Source: Squalus acanthias
Taxonomy: Eukaryota
Length of the DNA: 64,000 bases
Direction: 5' to 3'
Assembly: GCA_030390025.1 (NCBI GenBank)
Contig: CM059434.1
Location: 95,108,001 to 95,172,000 of the forward strand
Shown piece by piece: positions 42,301 through 54,300 of this stretch. The position numbers and the translations under genes were made by a program. Every line of letters starts with the position of its first letter. The first letter of the stretch is position 1. The notes under the pieces were generated by a model. That model had not been told where the DNA came from. It saw only the letters and a program-made list of their open reading frames with translations, and did no database searches.

Positions 42301-45300
42301 TTGTTGTTTTTGTTCACAAGTGGCGACTACAACAACAGAGACAACAACTACACCTGGTATTGCTGACACTACTACAACGGGTAAGTGATGTCTGCTTTCA
42401 ATGTACACCAGCAAGTCTGTTTACACCAGTGTGCTTTTCTCAAATTCAGCTTTCAGACAAGGTCAGCCCATTAGTTCAGTCTTGTAGTCCCTCCCTCTTG
42501 GGTGAAAATGCTTGAAAATTTAAAGACATCTGAATCTGCAGTTAGTTTTTTCAACATCACTTGTGCAGAAGGTGTAATTAAATAGTCTTATGGAGGAACT
42601 CTACAGGAATACTATAGGAATTTACATTATAGTGTAGTGGTTTTGATTAATTGTTCTTGTTCTTCAGAAGGAATCACAACAACAGTAAAAGCAACTACAA
42701 CTGGGTCCACTACTGGCTCCACACCGGGTGAGTGAGGGCTTCTTTTGCTATCCAGTAGCAAGACCAGTGACACAAGTTATCTTGTTTCAACAACTCCCTG
42801 ACTGTGGAAATCCATGAATTCACTCCTTGTAGATATTTAGCCAATTTTTCTAGGGGGAAATGGTTGACAACTTAACCATATGGATAAAGATAGATCAGAG
42901 GCTGTGCTGAGGACAAATGCTGTGTCCATATTTGTGCCGCCTCTGTCTCTCTTCGTCTCAGCTTAATCACCAACTTTTACTCAAGGTTTTGGCAATATTT
43001 CTCTGACTTTTGAATGAAACGTTGAATTTGCATTCCATGTTGATGGTGGTATTGTTCATACTTTCAAATTCCAATAGCTGCATTGTCAAATATTGTCAAA
43101 GGATGATCCTCTGACATGTTGTGGTTGTTAATAGTCTTGCTTTTCTTCTTTTGTCCAGTACCTTGAAATAGTTCTTTTGATACACAACAAATTATGCAAA
43201 TATTTTCTTGCCACTCTCATGTTTATGTTGTTCTTCTCTACTTGACAGAGGAGAAAAAAAGAGATCTAGTTAGTCACTCGTAAAATAATTTTCTCATTCT
43301 TTGCCCTTTATTATCAATAAAACAGCCAACTCTATTAGTACTGAGGGATTTAAATTTGATTGCTGTGTTTTGAATATTTTTCCTGTTTGTTCAGAAGTGT
43401 TGACTACAACAAAAGGGACAACAACCACACCTATTATTACTGACACTACCACACCGGGTAAGTGATGTCTGCTTTCAATATACACCAACAAGTCTCTTCA
43501 CACTAGTGTGCTTTCCTCAAATTCATGCTTTCAGGCAATGTCAGTCCATTAGTTCAATCTTGTAGTCTTATCTTTTGACAGAAAATGGTTGAAAATTTAA
43601 GGACATCTGAATCTGCAGTTAGTTTTTCAACATCACTTTTGTAGCAACAGCAATAAAATAGTCTTATAGAGGAAATCTACAGGAATACTATAGCCCAGAA
43701 ATTAGGCTCCCTGGCTTCCCGCGGGTGCAAGGATCCCGCGCGCACCTACCTACCGCGCCTGCCGTTGACCTCTGGGCCCACGGGGACTTCAGCTCCTGGG
43801 CCTCCTGCAGCTGCAGGCGCGCAGTGCTTGTGTATCCCGGGGCGTAGTTAGTGTGATGCGTCCCCTGGGATCACGTGGGCCATGGAGAGCCAATGGCAGC
43901 AGACCATCTTTCATTCATAGATTTGACAGGACCTGTCAAATCTATGAATTGAAATCAGCCCCGAAACAACACCTAAACTTCAAATAATTTTTTTTAAAAA
44001 CCATCACATTTTTAAAATAACTATAAGTTAAATAAATTAACTACTTTAAACAAAAATTTAAATTTTTGAAAAAATTAAAATACTTTTTAACAGTGCTAAA
44101 AATAAACTTACCTTTCTTTAAAGTATCTAAAAAAGATAAACCTGTTGAAATTTTTTTTAAATTGTAATTAATTAACCACTTACCTTGTTAAAAACGGGTC
44201 TTGTGCCTCCTTTTTAAAAGCGCAGCTTCTTCCATACTTACCTTCCCGGAGAAACCTGAAAAAAAAACTAAGTTCGCTGCGTGCGCGCAGCCTCTCCCGC
44301 GCACGCGGTTCACCTCTCAACCCCTCCCTTCACGAGACCGGAAGTTCCGGTTTCCCACGCATGCGCAGTGCATGCAGGAAACCGGCACTTCAGGATGCCT
44401 TATGGGTGAGCACACAGCGCGTACTCACCCGGCAAGTGCCTAATTTTTGGCCCTATAGGTATTTACGTTGTATTGACCTCGTTTCGATTATTTTTCTTGT
44501 TCTACAGAAGGAATCACAACAACAGTGGAAACAACTACAACCGGGTCCACTACTGGCTCCACACCGGGTGAGTGAGGGCTTCTTTCAATATAAAGTAGCA
44601 AGACCAGTGACAAGTTATCTTGTTTCAACAGCTCCCAGACAGTGGAGTCTCTGCTTACTCACTAACGTTTACTTAACTTTTTTGTAATATTTTATTGTCT
44701 TTTGAATGAAATGCACAATTTACAATTCATGTTGCTAGGGATACTCTGCATACTTCCAAATTCCAATACAATCATTATCAAATCTTGTCAGAGGATGCTC
44801 GCTGACACGTTGTGGCCGTTAATATTCTTTCCTATTTTCTTTTGTCCAGTAACTTGAAAGAGTTCTTTTGAAACACAACCAATTATGCAAATGCTGCTTT
44901 GTCAGACTCGTGTTAATGTTTGCACTTTAGTATTTGAAGTAAGGAGACCTAGTTAGTAGCTGTAGTCAATAATTTCCTCATTCTTTATGCCCGTTTCTCA
45001 ATAAAATAACCTAGCGGTGGAACTCTATTAATACTGCTGGATTTGCAGTCGGAATGCAGCGGTTTAAAATTTTTTTTTCTTCAGAAGTGACGACTACAAC
45101 AAAAGGAACAACCACAACTGTGTCTACTGCCAGTTCTACAACTGGTAAGTGATGGTTTCTTTCAATATAGACTAGCAAGTCTTTTGACACAAGTGTGCTT
45201 TTTTCAACTTTGGCGAAGAAAATGCCAGGCCATCAGTTCAGTCCTGTAGACCTGTAGCCCATTCCTTTGGGATGGAATTACTTGAGAAGTTCAGAACATC

Positions 45301-48300
45301 TCAATCTGCAAGCAATGGCACTTTCACAAGAATTACAGAAGCAGTTTTGTGTAAACCTCTCCCCTAACAGCTTGTCCCAGGCGAAGAATAAAACAGTTAT
45401 GTTTTAACAGTTGCAACTGTAAAATTCCTCTCTTCTGGCCACCTCTGTCTCATTTAGTCTCTACTTATTCTCACACTCAACTTTTTTACGACATTTTTTC
45501 GACCTGCTAATAAAATGTACAATTTGTACGTCACGCTGATGCTCGTGGGCTGCATACTTCTAAATTCCAAATATTGTCAAATGTTGTTCCCTTGACATGT
45601 TGTGGTTGCTCATATTGTGACTATTACCGTTTTGGTCCAGTAGTATGAAAGACTTCTTTTGAAACACTCTGCAACTGCTGCCTTGCTGCTCTCATATTTA
45701 TGTTTCCTATTTTTGGTTGGATCATGAGGGTCTAATATGTTCTCCTCCTTTTCTGTTACAGAGGTCGTCTGCCATGGCGAATGGTCCCCCTGGTTTAATG
45801 AACACACACCTTCTAATGACAGCCCGGGCGATTCTGAATTACTAGACCGCCTAAGCAATAAATACTGTTCTTCCCCTTTTGATGACATTAGTAACATTCA
45901 GTGTCAGTTTGTTGGTGAACCTGAGAGGCCAATAAGCGAGTCACCAGACAATGTGACGTGCGACAAAGACACAGGGCTCACCTGTATAGTCTCGGAAAGT
46001 GCTTTGCAGGAGTCCAAGCTTTGTTTTGACTACAAAATTCGAGTTTGCTGCGAGAAAAAAACACCAGAGACCACAACAACCAGCAGTACAACCACGGCTT
46101 CTGGTAAATGAGAAACTTATGTACGAGTTAATAATGTCTCCCATACGTTAAATCAAAGCTGACGTTTTACATCAAGCAGTCAAAGGAGTTAGGATATCTA
46201 GTTAGTAGCTGTAGTTAACAATTTCCTCATCATTTGTGCCTTAGTATCAATAAAATAGCCTAATGGTGAAATTCTCAATACTGCAGGATTTGAAATTAGA
46301 GTTCAGAGGTTTTGAATTTTTTGTTGTTTTTGTTCACAAGTGGCGACTACAACAACAGAGACAACAACTACACCTGGTATTGCTGACACTACTACAACGG
46401 GTAAGTGATGTCTGCTTTCAATGTACACCAGCAAGTCTGTTTACACCAGTGTGCTTTTCTCAAATTCAGCTTTCAGACAAGGTCAGCCCATTAGTTCAGT
46501 CTTGTAGTCCCTCCCTCTTGGGTGAAAATGCTTGAAAATTTAAAGACATCTGAATCTGCAGTTAGTTTTTTCAACATCACTTGTGCAGAAGGTGTAATTA
46601 AATAGTCTTATGGAGGAACTCTACAGGAATACTATAGGAATTTACATTATAGTGTAGTGGTTTTGATTAATTGTTCTTGTTCTTCAGAAGGAATCACAAC
46701 AACAGTAAAAGCAACTACAACTGGGTCCACTACTGGCTCCACACCGGGTGAGTGAGGGCTTCTTTTGCTATCCAGTAGCAAGACCAGTGACACAAGTTAT
46801 CTTGTTTCAACAACTCCCTGACTGTGGAAATCCATGAATTCACTCCTTGTAGATATTTAGCCAATTTTTCTAGGGGGAAATGGTTGACAACTTAACCATA
46901 TGGATAAAGATAGATCAGAGGCTGTGCTGAGGACAAATGCTGTGTCCATATTTGTGCCGCCTCTGTCTCTCTTCGTCTCAGCTTAATCACCAACTTTTAC
47001 TCAAGGTTTTGGCAATATTTCTCTGACTTTTGAATGAAACGTTGAATTTGCATTCCATGTTGATGGTGGTATTGTTCATACTTTCAAATTCCAATAGCTG
47101 CATTGTCAAATATTGTCAAAGGATGATCCTCTGACATGTTGTGGTTGTTAATAGTCTTGCTTTTCTTCTTTTGTCCAGTACCTTGAAATAGTTCTTTTGA
47201 TACACAACAAATTATGCAAATATTTTCTTGCCACTCTCATGTTTATGTTGTTCTTCTCTACTTGACAGAGGAGAAAAAAAGAGATCTAGTTAGTCACTCG
47301 TAAAATAATTTTCTCATTCTTTGCCCTTTATTATCAATAAAACAGCCAACTCTATTAGTACTGAGGGATTTAAATTTGATTGCTGTGTTTTGAATATTTT
47401 TCCTGTTTGTTCAGAAGTGTTGACTACAACAAAAGGGACAACAACCACACCTATTATTACTGACACTACCACACCGGGTAAGTGATGTCTGCTTTCAATA
47501 TACACCAACAAGTCTCTTCACACTAGTGTGCTTTCCTCAAATTCATGCTTTCAGGCAATGTCAGTCCATTAGTTCAGTCTTGCAGTCTTATCTTTTGACA
47601 GAAAATGGTTGAAAATTTAAGGACATCTGAATCTGCAGTTAGTTTTTCAACATCACTTTTGTAGCAACAGCAATAAAATAGTCTTATAGAGGAAATCTAC
47701 AGGAATACTATGGCCCAGAAATTAGGCTCCCTGGCTTCCCGCGGGTGCAAGGATCCCGCGCGCACCTACCTACTGCGCCTGCCGTTGACCTCTGGGCCCA
47801 CGGGGACTTCAGCTCCTGGGCCTCCTGCAGCTGCAGGCGCGCAGTGCTTGTGTATCCCGGGGCGTAGTTAGTGCGATGCGTCCCCTGGGATCACGTGGGC
47901 CATGGAGAGCCAATGGCAGCAGACCATCTTTCATTCATAGATTTGACAGGACCTGTCAAATCTATGAATTGAAATCAGCCCCAAAACAACACCTAAACTT
48001 CAAATAATTTTTTTAAAAAACCATCACATTTTTAAAATAACTATAAGTTAAATAAATTAACTACTTTAAACAAAAATTTAAATTTTTGAAAAAATTAAAA
48101 TACTTTTTAACAGTGCTAAAAATAAACTTACCTTTCTTTAAAGTATCTAAAAAAGATAAACCTGTTGAAATTTTTTTAAAATTGTAATTAATTAACCACT
48201 TACCTTGTTAAAAACGGGTCTTGTGCCTCCTTTTTAAAAGCGCAGCTTCTTCCATACTTACCTTCCCGGAGAAACCTGAAAAAAAAACTAAGTTCGCTGC

Positions 48301-51300
48301 GTGCGCGCAGCCTCTCCCGCGCACGCGGTTCACCTCTCAACCCCTCCCTTCACGAGACCGGAAGTTCCGGTTTCCCGCGCATGCGCAGTGCATGCAGGAA
48401 ACCGGCACTTCAGGATGCCTTATGGGTGAGCACACAGCGCGTACTCACCCGGCAAGTGCCTAATTTTTGGCCCTATAGGTATTTACGTTGTATTGACCTC
48501 GTTTCGATTATTTTTCTTGTTCTACAGAAGGAATCACAACAACAGTGGAAACAACTACAACCGGGTCCACTACTGGCTCCACACCGGGTGAGTGAGGGCT
48601 TCTTTCAATATAAAGTAGCAAGACCAGTGACAAGTTATCTTGTTTCAACAGCTCCCAGACAGTGGAGTCTCTGCTTACTCACTAACGTTTACTTAACTTT
48701 TTTGTAATATTTTATTGTCTTTTGAATGAAATGCACAATTTACAATTCATGTTGCTAGGGATACTCTGCATACTTCCAAATTCCAATACAATCATTATCA
48801 AATCTTGTCAGAGGATGCTCGCTGACACGTTGTGGCCGTTAATATTCTTTCCTATTTTCTTTTGTCCAGTAACTTGAAAGAGTTCTTTTGAAACACAACC
48901 AATTATGCAAATGCTGCTTTGTCAGACTCGTGTTAATGTTTGCACTTTAGTATTTGAAGTAAGGAGACCTAGTTAGTAGCTGTAGTCAATAATTTCCTCA
49001 TTCTTTATGCCCGTTTCTCAATAAAATAACCTAGCGGTGGAACTCTATTAATACTGCTGGATTTGCAGTCGGAATGCAGCGGTTTAAAAATTTTTTTTCT
49101 TCAGAAGTGACGACTACAACAAAAGGAACAACCACAACTGTGTCTACTGCCAGTTCTACAACTGGTAAGTGATGGTTTCTTTCAATATAGACTAGCAAGT
49201 CTTTTGACACAAGTGTGCTTTTTTCAACTTTGGCGAAGAAAATGCCAGGCCATCAGTTCAGTCCTGTAGACCTGTAGCCCATTCCTTTGGGATGGAATTA
49301 CTTGAGAAGTTCAGAACATCTCAATCTGCAAGCAATGGCACTTTCACAAGAATTACAGAAGCAGTTTTGTGTAAACCTCTCCCCTAACAGCTTGTCCCAG
49401 GCGAAGAATAAAACAGTTATGTTTTAACAGTTGCAACTGTAAAATTCCTCTCTTCTGGCCACCTCTGTCTCATTTAGTCTCTACTTATTCTCACACTCAA
49501 CTTTTTTACGACATTTTTTCGACCTGCTAATAAAATGTACAATTTGTACGTCACGCTGATGCTCGTGGGCTGCATACTTCTAAATTCCAAATATTGTCAA
49601 ATGTTGTTCCCTTGACATGTTGTGGTTGCTCATATTGTGACTATTACCGTTTTGGTCCAGTAGTATGAAAGACTTCTTTTGAAACACTCTGCAACTGCTG
49701 CCTTGCTGCTCTCATATTTATGTTTCCTATTTTTGGTTGGATCATGAGGGTCTAATATGTTCTCCTCCTTTTCTGTTACAGAGGTCGTCTGCCATGGCGA
49801 ATGGTCCCCCTGGTTTAATGAACACACACCTTCTAATGACAGCCCGGGCGATTCTGAATTACTAGACCGCCTAAGCAATAAATACTGTTCTTCCCCTTTT
49901 GATGACATTAGTAACATTCAGTGTCAGTTTGTTGGTGAACCTGAGAGGCCAATAAGCGAGTCACCAGACAATGTGACGTGCGACAAAGACACAGGGCTAA
50001 CCTGTATAGTCTCGGAAAGTGCTTTGCAGGAGTCCAAGCTTTGTTTTGACTACAAAATTCGAGTTTGCTGCGAGAAAAAAACACCAGAGACCACAACAAC
50101 CAGCAGTACAACCACGGCTTCTGGTAAATGAGAAACTTATGTACGAGTTAATAATGTCTCCCATACGTTAAATCAAAGCTGACGTTTTACATCAAGCAGT
50201 CAAAGGAGTTAGGATATCTAGTTAGTAGCTGTAGTTAACAATTTCCTCATCATTTGTGCCTTAGTATCAATAAAATAGCCTAATGGTGAAATTCTCAATA
50301 CTGCAGGATTTGAAATTAGAGTTCAGAGGTTTTGAATTTTTTGTTGTTTTTGTTTACAAGTGGCGACTACAACAACAGAGACAACAACTACACCTGGTAT
50401 TGCTGACACTACTACAACGGGTAAGTGATGTCTGCTTTCAATGTACACCAGCAAGTCTGTTTACACCAGTGTGCTTTTCTCAAATTCAGCTTTCAGACAA
50501 GGTCAGCCCATTAGTTCAGTCTTGTAGTCCCTCCCTCTTGGGTGAAAATGCTTGAAAATTTAAAGACATCTGAATCTGCAGTTAGTTTTTTCAACATCAC
50601 TTGTGCAGAAGGTGTAATTAAATAGTCTTATGGAGGAACTCTACAGGAATACTATAGGAATTTACATTATAGTGTAGTGGTTTTGATTAATTGTTCTTGT
50701 TCTTCAGAAGGAATCACAACAACAGTAAAAGCAACTACAACCGGGTCCACTACTGGCTCCACACCGAGTGAGTGAGGGCTTCTTTTGCTATCCAGTAGCA
50801 AGACTCTCTTAGTCTCTGCTTCCTCACCAATCTTTACACAAATTTTTGACAATATATCTCTGACTTTTGAATGAAATGTAGAATTTGCATTTCATGTTGA
50901 TGGTGGTACTGTGCATACTTGCAAATGCCAATAAAATCATTATCAAGCATTGACATGTTCTGGTTGTAGATATCCTTCCCTTTTTGTCTTTTGTCCAGTA
51001 ACTTGAAATAGTTCTTTTCAAGCAGAACCAATTATATAAATAAAAACAGAAATTGCTGGAAATACTCAGCAGGTCAGGCAGCATCTGTGGAGAGAGAAAC
51101 AGAGTTAACGTTTCAGGTCAATGACCCTTCGTTAGAACAGGACCAGTTCTGACGAAGGGTCATCGACCTGAAACGTTAACTGTTTCTCTCTCCACAGCTG
51201 CTGCTTGACCTGCTGAGCATTTCCAGCAATTTCTGTTTTTATTTCAGATTTCTAGCATCCGCAGTATTTTGCTTTTCAATTATATAAATGTTGTCTTTGC

Positions 51301-54300
51301 ACTTTCAAGTTTTTTTTTACTTGACAAAGGAGAAAAAAGTTGATCTAGTTAGTAGCTGTAGTGAAACATTTTCCTCATTCGTTGCACTTTAGTATCAATA
51401 AAATAGACAACTGGTGAAACTCTCTCAATACTGCAGGATTTCAAGTTTGAGTGCTGTGGTTTTGATTGGTTTTATTTTTCTTCCAAAGTGACGACTCCAC
51501 CAAAAGGGACAACAACGACACCTGTTATTGCTGACACTACTACACCGGGTAAGTGATGTCTTCTTTCAATATACACCAGCAAGTCTGTTCACAACAGTGT
51601 GCTTTTCTCCAATTCAGCTGTCAGGCAATGCCAGTCCATTAGTTCAGACTTGTTGCTTTTGCTGGAAAATGGTTGAAAACTTAGACACCTGAATCTGCAA
51701 TTAGTTTTTTCAACATTATTTGTGCAGAAAGTGAATTAAATAATCTTATGGAGGAACTCTACGGGAATACTATAGGAATTTACGTTGTATTGAAGTGGTT
51801 TTGATGATTTTTCTTGTTCTTCAGAAGGAATCACAACAGTGAAAACAACTACAACCGGGTCCACTACTGGCTCCACACCGGGTGAGTGAGGGCTTCTTTC
51901 GATATCCAGTAGCAAGACCAGTGACACAAGTTATCTTGTTTCAACAACTCCCAGACAGTGGAAGTCCATTACTTCACCCCTTGTAGATATTTAGCCCAAT
52001 CCTTTCAGAGGGAAATGGTTGACAAGTTAACTATTTGAATGAAGCTCGATCAGAGGCTCTGCATGAGAAATACTGTGTCCATGTTTGTGCCGCCTGTCTC
52101 TCTTAGTCTCTGCTTCCTCACCAACCTTTACTCAAAGTTTTGACAATATATCTCTGACTTTTGAATGAAATGTAGAATTTACATTTCATGTTGATGGTGG
52201 TATTGTTCATATTTTCAAATTCCAATAGAATCATTATCAAATATTGTCAAAGGATGATCCCCTTGACATGTTGTGGCTGTTAATATTCTTCCTTGTTGAA
52301 ATAGTTCTTTTGAAACACAACCAATTATGCAAATGTTGTCTCGCCACTTTCATGTTTATGTTTGTTTTTTATTACTTGACAAAGGAGAAAAAAGTTGATC
52401 TAGTTAGTATCTGTAGTGAAACATTTTCCTCATTCTTTGCACGTATCAATAAAATAGCCAACTGGTGAAACTCTCTCAATACTGCAGGAGTTGGGAAAAT
52501 GCTGGAATCTATTGTAAAGGATGCAATAACTGGGCACTTAGAAACTAATAGTAAGATTGGGCAGAGTCAACATGGATTTATGAAAGGGAAATCCTGTTTG
52601 ACAAACCTATTGGAGTTCTTTGAGGATGTAACTAGTGGAGTAGACAAAGGGGAACCGGTAGGTGTGGTGTATTTGGATTTTCAGAAGGCCTTCGATAAGG
52701 TCCCACACAAGAGGTTGGTGAACAAAGTTAGGGCACATGGAATTGGGGGTAATATACTAGCATGGATTGAGAATTGCTTAACAGACAGAAAACAAAGAGT
52801 AGGGATAAACGGGTCTTTTTCAGGATGGCAGGCTGTGACTAGTGGGGTACCGCAAGGTTCAGTGCTTGGGCCCCAGCTATTCACAATCTATATCAATGAT
52901 TTGAATAAGGGGACTAAATGTAACATTTCCAAATTTGCTGACGATACAAAGCTAGGTGGCAGCGTCAGTTGTGAAGAGGATGTGAAGAGGCTTCAAGGGG
53001 ATCTCGACAGGCTCAGTGAGTGGGCGAGAACATGGCAGATGGAATATAATGTGGATAAATGAGAAGTTATGCACTTTGGTAGAATAAACAGAAAGGCAGA
53101 GTATTTCCTAAATGGTGAAAGATTGGGGAATGCAGATGCTCAAAGGGACCTGTGTGTCCTTGTACATGAGTCACTGAAAGTGAATGTGCAGGTGCAGCAA
53201 GCCATTAGGAAGGCAAATGGTATGCTGGCCTTCATTACAAGAGGATTTGAGTACAGGAGTAAAGAAGTCTTACTCCAATTATATAGGGCCTTGGTGAGAC
53301 CACACCTGGAGTACTGTGTACAATTTTGGTCTCCTTACCGAAAGGAAGGATATACTTGCCATAGAGGGAGTGCAACGAAGGTTCACAAGATTGATTCCTG
53401 GGATGGCGGGACTGTCGTATGAGAAGAGATTGAGTAAACTAGGCCTGTATTCACTTGAATTCAGAAGAATGAGAGGGGATCTCATTGAAGTATACAAAAT
53501 TATTACAGGGCTTGATAGGGTGGATGCTGGGCGAATGTTTCCCTTGGCTGGGGAGTCTAGAACCAGGGGCCACAGCCTCAGGATAAAGAGTAGGCCATTC
53601 AGGACTGAGATGAGAAGAAATTTCTTCACACAGAGGGTGGTGAATCTTTGGAATTCTCTACCCCAGATGGCTGTGGAGGCTCAGTCATTGGGTATATTCA
53701 AAACAGAAGTCGATAGATTTCTGACTAGTAAGGGCATCAAGGGATATGGTCCAAAAATGTGTGGGTTAGGTTGATTTGGCTATGATAAATTGACCCTTAG
53801 TGTTAGGGGGGGATTAAATATGTGGGGTTATGGGGATAGGATGGGATATGTTAGGGGGAATTAAATACGTGGGGTTACGGGGGTAGGGTGGGATATGTGT
53901 ACTGTGGGGATTAAAGCAGAGACAGGGTACTGGATTTGGATGATCAGCCATGATCGTATTGAATGGCGGAGCAGGCTCGACGGGCCGAATGGCCTACTCC
54001 TGCTCCTAGATTCTATGTTTCTATGTGATAGGGCCGGTGAATGGAGTTGAGGCAGAAGATCAGCCATGATCTCATTGAATGGCGGAGCAGGCTCAAAGGG
54101 CCGAATGGCCTAATCCTGCTCCTATTTCCTATGCTCTTATGTTCTTAGTTCAAGTTTGAGTGCTGTGGTTTTGATTGATTTTATTTTTCTTCCGAAGTGA
54201 CGACTCCACCAAAACGGACAACAACGACACCTATTATTGCTGACACTACTACACCGGGTAAGTGATGTCTGCTTTCAATATACACCAGCAAGTCTGTTCA

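Larger units (their letters stand above)
6257..50800 (+). repeat. Tandem array of 10 CysD-bearing exon-intron units (L about 5.28 kb, S about 4.02 kb)
   Basis: CysD-to-CysD spacings are 5281, 4017, 5282, 5516, 4019, 4018, 5282, 4020, 4020. Confidence 0.96.

Noticed and set aside
1-50800. CRISPR-like or phase-variable cassette array
   Set aside because: Units are kb-scale, have GT-AG splice signals and lack unique spacers. There are no cas or recombinase genes, and the content is vertebrate.
52499-53774. Reverse transcriptase as part of a retron or diversity-generating system acting on the repeats
   Set aside because: It is an ordinary 5'-truncated CR1 with a stop and a frameshift, and there is no adenine-specific variation among the repeats.
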